Shown here in pieces: positions 56,453 through 64,000 of a stretch of DNA of 64,000 nucleotides. Positions within the stretch are counted from its first letter, which is position 1. Each line of letters starts with the position of its first letter. The translations under genes were made by a program, and so were the position numbers. Source of the stretch: Candidatus Omnitrophota bacterium (GTDB lineage Bacteria > Omnitrophota > Gorgyraeia > Gygaellales > Profunditerraquicolaceae); the NCBI GenBank assembly GCA_043800555.1, contig JAZDMX010000021.1, forward strand, positions 29,905-93,904. The letters are read 5' to 3'. The notes under the pieces are model-generated. The model saw only the letters and a list, made by a program, of their open reading frames with translations, was not told the origin of the DNA and ran no database searches.

Positions 56453-57487
56453 TTAGTTTTTCATTTCCACCCTTATGCGCGGCAAACTACCCGGGAAACG
56501 CTCCTGCAGGAATTCCAGGAGTTTTTCCCTGGTTTCGCAGCGCAAATCCCACAGGGTCGAAGAATTAGCTGCGCTCACCAACGCCCTTAACTCAACCGAC
56601 TTCTCGGTCATATTAGTGACCTGCAACAGGCCTACCTTCTTATCCCATAAGGGGCTAGAGTCCAGGATACGGGCTAATTCGCCGCGGACATCCTTTAATG
56701 GAATACTATAATCCACATAAATATAAACAGTCCCGAGTAAATCCGCGGATACACGGGTCCAGTTTTGGAAAGGTTTCTCGAGGAAATACGATATGGGGAC
56801 TATCAGGCGCCGGAGGTCCCAAATACGCACCACCGCATAAGTAAGCGTAATTTCCTCAACCCAGCCCCATTCATTTTCCACGATAACTACGTCATCCAGG
56901 CGGATCGGCTGAGCAATGGCTATCTGGATACCGGCAATAAGGTTTCCCAGCGTCCTTTGCGCGGCAAAACCTATCACTATGCCGATTATCCCTGCCGAAG
57001 CCAATATGCTTACGCCTATATGCCTGACTTCCGGAAAAGTCATCAGTATAAAAGAGAAGGTTAATAAAACTATGGCCACATTTATAATGTTTGTGATCAC
57101 GCGCAGTTGCGTGTGCATACCGCGGGCACGCATGTTATCCCGGCTTTCGATATCATAACGGCTTAAGATGACATCGCGGACAATGCGGATAATCTTTACG
57201 CTCACCCAGCCAAATAAGGCAATAAGCGAAATATTAACAAAATGGCTGATAAAAAGGCGTTCTTTCTCGGTTATGCGTAAGTAATTAATGGCCGCTGCGA
57301 TTCCCAGAAACGGAAACAAGAAACGCAACGGATTGTTAAGAAGCATCCAACTGCCCCTAAGCTCCTTTAACGGCACGGCACGGTTCCACTGCTTAAACAA
57401 CGCCGCTAAAAGTAAATAAACCACCCAGCCGGCGATAGAAGCCGAAACTATTAAAATACCGGAATATAAATAATTATTCATAACCAA
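56453..57487 (-). CDS. mechanosensitive ion channel, MscS family
   Basis: 3 TM plus the conserved MscS beta domain (GIIGIVIGFAAQRTLGNLIAGIQIAIAQPIRLDDVV). Confidence 0.85.
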   Translation of the reverse strand: MVMNNYLYSGILIVSASIAGWVVYLLLAALFKQWNRAVPLKELRGSWMLLNNPLRFLFPFLGIAAAINYLRITEKERLFISHFVNISLIALFGWVSVKIIRIVRDVILSRYDIESRDNMRARGMHTQLRVITNIINVAIVLLTFSFILMTFPEVRHIGVSILASAGIIGIVIGFAAQRTLGNLIAGIQIAIAQPIRLDDVVIVENEWGWVEEITLTYAVVRIWDLRRLIVPISYFLEKPFQNWTRVSADLLGTVYIYVDYSIPLKDVRGELARILDSSPLWDKKVGLLQVTNMTEKSVELRALVSAANSSTLWDLRCETREKLLEFLQERFPGSLPRIRVEMKN

Positions 57488-57707
57488 TCCTCCTGCGGAT
57501 TTAAAGGCCCGCGGCCCTGCGTATTTGTTGGTATTTTATTATACACCGCTTGCGAAATTATTGCAACTTCTTCGAAAGAATCCTGCCTGGAAGGTAAAAA
57601 TGCCCATTTTCAAGAAAGCCCAAACGGTTTTCGATGCGCCTGCCTTGCGTATTCTTCCGGATATAAGCCGCTTAGCCCCATGCTTCTGGCCAAAGACCTT
57701 GAACAAC

Positions 57708-58904
57708 TTAAGGAATATCTTTAGGCTGGAATTTAGCGCCGTCAATATATAGACCAACCGCCATCAATATGGAAGTAGCGCAGATAACAAAGAAAAGCAC
57801 TCCCCGGCTGATAAAAGGAATAACTGATTCTGCCGGTATGGCGTAAAACAATAGGATGCTTACCAACCCTTTCGGGGCGACAAAAAACTCCGGAAGAAGA
57901 TTAAACTTGGCAAAGAACTTTAGATAAAAAAACCTGACCACGGTAAGAAGCATAACTACCAAAGAACCGATTAAAAACACCTCCCTGCTTAAAACTACGG
58001 GTAAATCAATGGAATAGCCGAATATGACAAAGAAAAACGTCCTGATGACAAACGAAGATTCGGAGACAACCAGTTTGAATTGGATAAGCTCATTTCTTAT
58101 TTCATTGGACCTGGCAACCGTAAACTTTCTCTTAAAGATATTATCGAGATTATTTACAAGAATCCCGAAAACAAAAATTAGAAGCAAGGTAGATAAATGC
58201 AGCATCTTACCGAAGGAATAAATAAGCAGCATAATTGACAAAATGATGAAAATCTTAACATGGCCCTTAATCCTGGTTGCCAAGAAAATCAGAAACGCCG
58301 CGGCGCCCAAAGAAAGAACGATGGTTAATACCATTGTCGTAAAAAAACCGAAAATAGAGCCGACGGTCAGAAGGCTATGCTGAATCAGAAAATTAAAGGC
58401 TAAAATCCCCAATATATCCGAAAGCGTTGACTCATAGATAAGAAACTCTTTCTTCTTGCTTGATAAATGGACAACGCTTGGAATCACGATAGCGCTGCTC
58501 ACTACTGCCAGCGGAATGGAATTTATTAAAGACGTTCTCCAGCCTACGCTAAACCAGAAATTAAAAAGCGCCGCAATAGAACCCGCCCCCAATACAAGCA
58601 TCAAAAAGGCTACTTCAAAAGATTTCCGCACATTCCCCAGGCTCGAAACCCTGATTTTGATATCCAGCGCTGCTTCCAGAACAATCAAAATTAACCCCAC
58701 GATACCAAATAATTCAAGGTAGGGCCTGATATTGCTAACCCTAAAATTAAAATAATCCCCCGTGTAGTGCAATAAGACCCCGCAACCCAGAAGGAGCAAA
58801 ACAGACGGCACCCTCCAATGGCTGGCGAGCAAATTAAAACAATAAGACAAGATGACGATGAAGCTTAAGAAAATTAAAATCGAATGGCTATCTATTATGT
58901 TCAT
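57708..58904 (-). CDS. cation:proton antiporter (Na+/H+ exchanger, CPA1/NhaP-like)
   Basis: 398 aa, about 11-12 TM, typical exchanger N-terminus. Confidence 0.55.
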   Translation of the reverse strand: MNIIDSHSILIFLSFIVILSYCFNLLASHWRVPSVLLLLGCGVLLHYTGDYFNFRVSNIRPYLELFGIVGLILIVLEAALDIKIRVSSLGNVRKSFEVAFLMLVLGAGSIAALFNFWFSVGWRTSLINSIPLAVVSSAIVIPSVVHLSSKKKEFLIYESTLSDILGILAFNFLIQHSLLTVGSIFGFFTTMVLTIVLSLGAAAFLIFLATRIKGHVKIFIILSIMLLIYSFGKMLHLSTLLLIFVFGILVNNLDNIFKRKFTVARSNEIRNELIQFKLVVSESSFVIRTFFFVIFGYSIDLPVVLSREVFLIGSLVVMLLTVVRFFYLKFFAKFNLLPEFFVAPKGLVSILLFYAIPAESVIPFISRGVLFFVICATSILMAVGLYIDGAKFQPKDIP

Positions 58905-59147
58905 TGGGTATGTCCTTTTCTATGCGGATAGAAGGCATTTTAACAAAATATCCGGCCGTATGAACATTCCGCATATTATTCGCGCTTAAAGATATGGCCC
59001 TACGAATCAAACGCTCTGCTTAAAGCACGGCTAACAAAAAAGGCCCCTGTCTTTTAACAAAGAGCGGCCATTTTTGCGCCAAAAGGCGTATACTTGATCA
59101 ACGCATCTCTCTATTTGATTATGCTGCTTCGGCAAGATAGAAGAATT

Positions 59148-60107
59148 TTATTTCAAGAATTCCATGGATTTTAGATATTTATAATAGTCGCTGTCGGTTG
59201 TCAAAATCACCGTAGATTTTGCATCAATGGTATCCTTATAACTCTCCAGCGTCCTCATAAAAGAATAAAAGTCGGGATTCTGGCTGTATGCGGCAGCGTA
59301 TATATTGATCGCCTCGGCGTCAGCCTTACCGCTAATAATCTGCGCCTGGCGGTAAGCCTCCGAAGTGATGCCTTTTAATTCTTTGGCCACCTGCCCTTCT
59401 ATCTCGGCGGATTTCCCCTGGCCTTCAGAACGGTATTTCTCCGCAGCGCGCTTTCTTTCGGCAATCATACGGTCATAAACTTTATTTCGCACATCTTCCA
59501 CATAATTCACGCGTTTAATACGCACATCAACGATTTCAATGCCATACTGAGGGGCAAGGACTTTTGCCTTCTCTAAAATAGCAGCCTCCAGCATTTTCCT
59601 GCCTACCTCAATGTGCTCCAACGCCTCATCCGTAACAATCATGTCCTCACCTTCTACCCGCGACTCCAGAATGCGGTTAGAATCCCTCACTGCTTCAACC
59701 AACAGATGGCTGGTAACTATATCCCTGGTAGCGGAATTTATAATATCATCAAGCCTGCCCTGAGCGCTCATTTCATTGCCTACAGACTGCAGGAATTTCA
59801 AAGCGTCAACGATCCTCCAACGGGCAGTAGTATCCACCCAGATATATTTCTTATCTCTTGTAGGTATCTGGTTTGGCTCTCCGTCCCAATCCAATAGCCT
59901 TTTCTCAAAATAATGCGCCTCCTGGATTAACGGCTGTTTAAAATGCAGGCCCGCCGAAGTAATAGGGGCGCCCACGGGCTTTCCGAATTGCGTAATAACC
60001 ACCTGTTTTCCTTCCTGGATTACATATATCGCACCGATGGCAAAGACTAAAATTACAACAGCGGATAATACCGCGAGAATAATAATAACCAAACGCAACG
60101 CCCTCAT
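59148..60107 (-). CDS. hflC: FtsH protease modulator HflC (SPFH/band 7)
   Basis: N-terminal anchor and SPFH domain; adjacent to hflK. Confidence 0.8.
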   Translation of the reverse strand: MRALRLVIIILAVLSAVVILVFAIGAIYVIQEGKQVVITQFGKPVGAPITSAGLHFKQPLIQEAHYFEKRLLDWDGEPNQIPTRDKKYIWVDTTARWRIVDALKFLQSVGNEMSAQGRLDDIINSATRDIVTSHLLVEAVRDSNRILESRVEGEDMIVTDEALEHIEVGRKMLEAAILEKAKVLAPQYGIEIVDVRIKRVNYVEDVRNKVYDRMIAERKRAAEKYRSEGQGKSAEIEGQVAKELKGITSEAYRQAQIISGKADAEAINIYAAAYSQNPDFYSFMRTLESYKDTIDAKSTVILTTDSDYYKYLKSMEFLK

Positions 60108-60109
60108 TA

Positions 60110-61105
60110 TTACTGCCCTCCTTTTTTGTTAATATCCAAAAGAGGCAGGATCGATTTCTGCTGCGAATCGATTATATATTTCTCTTTTGCGTTGGGAAGC
60201 ACCTGTGTCAAAGCCTCTAGATAAAGCCTCTTTCTGGTTATATCCGGCGCTTTTTTATATTCATCTAAAGTAGCCAGAAACCTGGCTGATTCTCCCTTAG
60301 CGCGGTTTATCTTATCCATAGCATAGCCTTCGGATTCGCGAATAGTCTTTTCTGCCGTACCTTTAGCCTTGGGTATGGCTTTATTATATTCCTCCCAGGC
60401 CTGGTTAATCATTTTCTCTTTTTCCTGCTTGGCTTCGTTTACTTCATTAAACGCCGGCTTTACCTTTTCCGGAGGATTGACATCCAACAATTTAACCGTG
60501 ACTATCTGCACTCCGACATTATAAATATCGAGTATGCGTTGAATCTCCTGCTGCGCCAAATCATCTATCTCCTCCCTTTTGGTAGTAAGGACCTCATCTA
60601 CCGAATAATCCCCGACAAACCTGCGCATAACCACCTCGGAAATATCGTGAATATTGTCTTGCGGGTGGCGTGTAGCAAAAAGCAAGCTTACCGGGTCTTT
60701 TATTTTAAACTGCACTATCCAGCGCACATCCAGTATATTCAAGTCTCCGGTAAGCATCAGGGACTCATCCAGGTAATTACCCGAAGAGTATCTTGTCCTC
60801 ACTCCCGGCTCTACGGTCTTAAACCCATACTCCTCCTTAAAGACCTTTTCTACTTTAATCGGCGTCACCTTGTCTATCCCAAATGGTATCTTTGCATGCA
60901 GCCCGGGAGAACTTAAACCGGTAAATTTGCCAAACCTCTGGATTACCCCTACCTCATCCGGGCCGATTGAATAAATTAAGCTTCTTAAGCCCGATAAAGC
61001 CAGTAAAAGCACAACTACCGCGGGAGCCCACTTAAAAAACTCCGCAAATTTCTTCCTGCCTACGTCAATTATTTCATCCGGGCTAGGTACATTCTGCCAA
61101 TCCAT
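60110..61105 (-). CDS. hflK: FtsH protease modulator HflK (SPFH/band 7)
   Basis: SPFH domain with a coiled-coil C-terminal region; hflK-hflC gene order. Confidence 0.8.
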   Translation of the reverse strand: MDWQNVPSPDEIIDVGRKKFAEFFKWAPAVVVLLLALSGLRSLIYSIGPDEVGVIQRFGKFTGLSSPGLHAKIPFGIDKVTPIKVEKVFKEEYGFKTVEPGVRTRYSSGNYLDESLMLTGDLNILDVRWIVQFKIKDPVSLLFATRHPQDNIHDISEVVMRRFVGDYSVDEVLTTKREEIDDLAQQEIQRILDIYNVGVQIVTVKLLDVNPPEKVKPAFNEVNEAKQEKEKMINQAWEEYNKAIPKAKGTAEKTIRESEGYAMDKINRAKGESARFLATLDEYKKAPDITRKRLYLEALTQVLPNAKEKYIIDSQQKSILPLLDINKKGGQ

Positions 61106-61441
61106 ATATCCGCCTTTCTTCCTTATAAGTTAATAATAAACAAGAAGGCCGCTTTCTACGTTCGTAGATGGCGGCCCGACCATCAATGTTACCTTCAGAA
61201 ATTAAAATTATTCTGAACCCAAAAATATTTTATTTTCCTCTTATTCTTATAGTAGTGAATTTTATCTTCTTGTCAAGCATAATCGGGAATTTGTGCATCC
61301 GGGCCTTAAAACCCCGCCTGTTTTCCCAAGCTCAATCCGGGGATAAAAACAAATAGGGACCCCGGCCTACCGGCTAAAGCCCCGGGTTTCTGGCCTAAGA
61401 GAGTTGCAGTCAGCATACACGCCTAACCGTTTGTCTCTAAA

Positions 61442-61478
61442 AAAAGGGCTATGGCTTTTAATCGCCATAGCCCGCGTG
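61442..61478 (-). terminator. Rho-independent terminator of the desulforedoxin-rubrerythrin-lipoprotein transcript
   Basis: The minus-strand RNA reads GGGCUAUGGCGAUUAAAAGCCAUAGCCC followed by UUUUUUU. Confidence 0.6.
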
Positions 61479-61501
61479 TTGCGGTTAAAGCCGAAGGCTT
61501 A

Positions 61502-62050
61502 TTATTTCGCCTGGCTTGTTTCCTGCGGAAGTTTTGATTCGGCAGTTTTTTGCGCCGGCTCCTGAACTGTTTGCTTGGCCGGTTCCGGCACGCTTTGCCT
61601 TAGCTGCTGGCTATCCTGCGTTTCTTCTGTTTGCCGGGCCTGCGGTTCCTCTTGCTTAGGAGCAACCTCTAAAAGAAAATTCCTGCCCCAACCGATAAGT
61701 TTATCGTCTTCAAAAACAAGGGGCGTTAAACCACTCTCTTCAACTGCGCAATTATTATTGTTTAAGCCGGTGACGTAATATATTACTTCCAGCCTTCTGC
61801 CGGAGGCTTCAATCATTTCTGTGCGGTAAGGGTCATTTATCGTTACCTTCAAAGGAGACTTTGAAACAGCCTGGTCACATTTATAAACACTTATCCCGGA
61901 ACCCATGATAGCCAAAACCCTGGGCTTACTCATGCCGCGCGAAAGATGCACTAAACTCATCCTGTTATTTGCGGTCAACCGGGAAACCGTCATTGTCGCG
62001 CACCCGCTTAACAATACCGCCAGGACCAACAAAAATACTGGTTTTCTCAT
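61502..62050 (-). CDS. lipoprotein with a Gln/Glu/Pro-rich C-terminal tail (hypothetical)
   Basis: Start at MRKPVFLLVLAVLLSGC (lipobox). Confidence 0.5.
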   Translation of the reverse strand: MRKPVFLLVLAVLLSGCATMTVSRLTANNRMSLVHLSRGMSKPRVLAIMGSGISVYKCDQAVSKSPLKVTINDPYRTEMIEASGRRLEVIYYVTGLNNNNCAVEESGLTPLVFEDDKLIGWGRNFLLEVAPKQEEPQARQTEETQDSQQLRQSVPEPAKQTVQEPAQKTAESKLPQETSQAK

Positions 62051-62069
62051 GGCCTCTCCTTTCTTTTCT

Positions 62070-62648
62070 TTAGTAATTTTCCGCCAAAACTTCATAAAAT
62101 GCTTGTGGATGCTTGCAGGCCGGGCATTCTTTCGGCGCATCAACCCCCTCGATTACATAACCACAGTTAATACAATGCCATTTTACCGCGGATTTCTTTT
62201 TGAAGACTTCCGGGCTTGCGATATTGTTAATCAATTTACGGTAGCGCGCTTCATGGAACTTTTCCACCTTTGCTATCTGCTCAAAAGAACGGCTGACATC
62301 AAAAAACCCCTCATCTTTGGCAACCTTGCCAAAATCCTGATAAAGCACCGTCCACTCCATATTCTCCCCTGCCGCTGCTTCTTCAAGGTTGGTTTTTGTA
62401 TCCTTAATTACCCCCGCAGGATAAATCGCGGTCAGTTCCACGTCTCCGCCTTCAAGGTATTTAAAGAATACCTTGGCGTGCTCCTTCTCGTTTTCGGCTG
62501 TTTCGATGAATATATTTGCAATCTGCTCGAAACCTTCTTTTCTTGCCACGCTGGAAAAGTAGGTATAACGGTTACGCGCCTGGGACTCTCCGGCAAAAGC
62601 CTTCAACAAATTTTGTTCTGTCTTTGTGCCCTTAATTGATTTACTCAT
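62070..62648 (-). CDS. rbr: rubrerythrin
   Basis: Ferritin-like diiron domain (E..EH motifs) plus a C-terminal rubredoxin-like CINCGY...CPACKHP. Confidence 0.9.
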   Translation of the reverse strand: MSKSIKGTKTEQNLLKAFAGESQARNRYTYFSSVARKEGFEQIANIFIETAENEKEHAKVFFKYLEGGDVELTAIYPAGVIKDTKTNLEEAAAGENMEWTVLYQDFGKVAKDEGFFDVSRSFEQIAKVEKFHEARYRKLINNIASPEVFKKKSAVKWHCINCGYVIEGVDAPKECPACKHPQAFYEVLAENY

Positions 62649-62655
62649 TTTTTAT

Positions 62656-62787
62656 TTACTCCTGGTCTTCGATTTTCTCCATAGGTTCTTTGCAACAAAC
62701 AAGCTCTCCTCCGCCGGCTTTAGTTACCGTAACTTCGTTACCGCAGACATTACATCTGTATTTCTCTCCCGCGTTCTTAACTGCCAT
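62656..62787 (-). CDS. dsr: desulforedoxin (43 aa; not in ORF track)
   Basis: RBS GGAGG, then MAVKNAGEKYRCNVCGNEVTVTKAGGGELVCCKEPMEKIEDQE. The C-x-x-C-G ... GGG-x-LVCC-x-x-PM pattern is the desulforedoxin Fe(Cys)4 signature. Lies 8 nt upstream of rubrerythrin. Confidence 0.7.
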   Translation of the reverse strand: MAVKNAGEKYRCNVCGNEVTVTKAGGGELVCCKEPMEKIEDQE

Positions 62788-62891
62788 ATTAACCTCCGGG
62801 TTCATTCCTTAAAACACTGGCCTTCCGCATAAACCGAGGAAAACTTTTTCCGTATTTATTACCCTGATTATATACGCAATGCTTCATTATA

Positions 62892-64000
62892 TCAAGCACA
62901 TTCCTGGTTCGAGTGCGGAAATTTCTTTGCATTGGATGGGCCCTTGATAAAAAATGGGGCCAGGCTAAAAAGTATTGTCCCTGCGGCCACCAGGAGCACG
63001 TATTGCGCAGGGTTACCCACCGGAAGCTGCGACGGCGGGAAAAAAGCGACAATAAAAGAAAAGAGCACTCCACCTATCCCTACCACTGCCGCCAGCCACA
63101 TCCCGGGCATTCCTCCGGGGACGCAAAATATACGTTTCATATCCGGGCGCTTATAGCGCAAACGAATACCGGCAGCATACATCAATGCATACATAATTAA
63201 ATACAAGGTAATGGTCATAGCGCCAATCAGGAAAAAGGCCACGCTGACATTTTTAGTAATAAAGTAGACGCCGGAAAGCAGGGTAACGATAACTGCCTGC
63301 ACTAAAAGAATATTGGCTTGAACCCCCTGCGCGTTCGTCTTGGCCCAAAAGACAGGCAATAGGCCGTCCTGGGCAGTTTTCAGGAGACCGCGGCTGGGGC
63401 CGATAATCCAGGAAGTTACGCTAGCCAAGGCCCCAAACATCACCAAAACACCCACTAATGCAACAGCCCAAGGCATATTTATCCGGTTAAATACCGTTTG
63501 AAACGCCTGCAGGAGCCCTGACTCAACATTAATATCGTTATACGGCATAATCGCAGATATAGCAAAGGCGCCTAATGTAAAAAGGACGAATACGATTATA
63601 GACGTAAGAAATAAAGCCAAGGGATACTGCGCCTGCGGCCGGGCCATCTTATTGGCGTGGACAGCGTGCACCTCTACTCCGGCAAAAAGCAGGAGCACCC
63701 CGGAAAGAAAGGCGATATCGCTTAATCCTCTTATGTGCGGGAATAGGCGCGGGTGCACATGATTATTGATTACCGTATCCACCGCGCCCTGCGCTGCCGG
63801 CAGATGTTGAAACCCTATCGGATTACCCTGCATCATCCAGATAACCGCCAATAGCAACAAGACCAGCGCCGGCAAGATCGATCCTGCTACAAATCCGTAG
63901 CTGGTAATACGCTCAATCAGGTTTCCGCCGCGTAAGGACACCCAGGTCGCCAGCCAATAAAAAACAATGCAGAATAACCCCGTGTAGATTCCGCTATTTG
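62892..64000 (-). CDS. APC-superfamily amino acid permease (5' end beyond the window)
   Basis: Polytopic; the frame is open through to position 64000 (..NSGIYTGLFCIVFYWLATWVSLRGGNLIE..). Confidence 0.6.
   Translation of the reverse strand, partial: NSGIYTGLFCIVFYWLATWVSLRGGNLIERITSYGFVAGSILPALVLLLLAVIWMMQGNPIGFQHLPAAQGAVDTVINNHVHPRLFPHIRGLSDIAFLSGVLLLFAGVEVHAVHANKMARPQAQYPLALFLTSIIVFVLFTLGAFAISAIMPYNDINVESGLLQAFQTVFNRINMPWAVALVGVLVMFGALASVTSWIIGPSRGLLKTAQDGLLPVFWAKTNAQGVQANILLVQAVIVTLLSGVYFITKNVSVAFFLIGAMTITLYLIMYALMYAAGIRLRYKRPDMKRIFCVPGGMPGMWLAAVVGIGGVLFSFIVAFFPPSQLPVGNPAQYVLLVAAGTILFSLAPFFIKGPSNAKKFPHSNQECA

Noticed and set aside
57525-57757. Overlapping plus and minus ORFs (75 and 72 aa) between the MscS and antiporter genes
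   Set aside because: The two ORFs are mutually antisense in a short intergenic region and show no protein-like features. They are probably a promoter or terminator region.
1-64000. Mobile elements, integrases, transposases, prophage or toxin-antitoxin/defence islands
   Set aside because: No recognisable transposase, integrase, phage structural or defence-system protein signatures were seen in any frame. The AbrB/MazE-like protein has no adjacent toxin and sits as an operon regulator.

Overview
This 64 kb window is a chromosomal segment of a diderm, probably anaerobic bacterium with roughly 45-50% GC. I count 73 protein-coding genes, and all but two sit on the minus strand.

The genes I recognise, in order along the window:
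- Start of the window: glgC (partial), marC, a BT1-type transporter, and the pgk-tpiA-secG glycolytic operon.
- Small metabolic genes: a nitroreductase and a 4HBT thioesterase.
- Phosphate and cation transport: a PiT phosphate transporter with its DUF47 partner, and a Ca/Mg-type P-type ATPase.
- Two tripartite efflux systems: AbrB-TolC-MacA-MacB and TetR-AcrA-AcrB-OprM.
- Thiamine: a thi4 thiazole synthase controlled by a TPP riboswitch.
- A complete Pho cluster: phoB-phoR, an orphan receiver, an OprP-like porin, pstSCAB and phoU.
- An accessory-looking block of small secreted and membrane proteins: a PEBP/YbhB protein, a superoxide reductase, DoxX, an orphan RnfD-like protein, and a GNAT/DUF2062/DUF3108 triad.
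- A YbhGFSR-like ABC-2 exporter with HlyD and TolC components.
- A FemAB-like acyltransferase with an ArnE/ArnF-like transporter pair and an EFR1 ferredoxin.
- A DEAD-box helicase, TauE/DUF1634, ArfB, an RRM protein, YkgJ, MscS and a Na+/H+ antiporter.
- End of the window: HflKC, a lipoprotein, desulforedoxin-rubrerythrin, and a partial APC permease.

No rRNA, tRNA, CRISPR array, transposase or prophage gene was recognised.

The observations most worth a second look:
- A five-copy dispersed palindromic element with a 19-bp conserved stem and a variable loop.
- Two adjacent secreted cysteine-rich mini-proteins next to thi4.
- An in-frame amber codon inside pstB.
- A winged-HTH domain fused in frame to a TolC-like protein, preceded by a consensus promoter and repeated operator-like motifs that recur as a perfect 48-bp palindrome nearby.
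- 11-bp-periodic Pho-box-like repeat arrays in the Pho cluster.
- A desulforedoxin gene too short for the ORF track.
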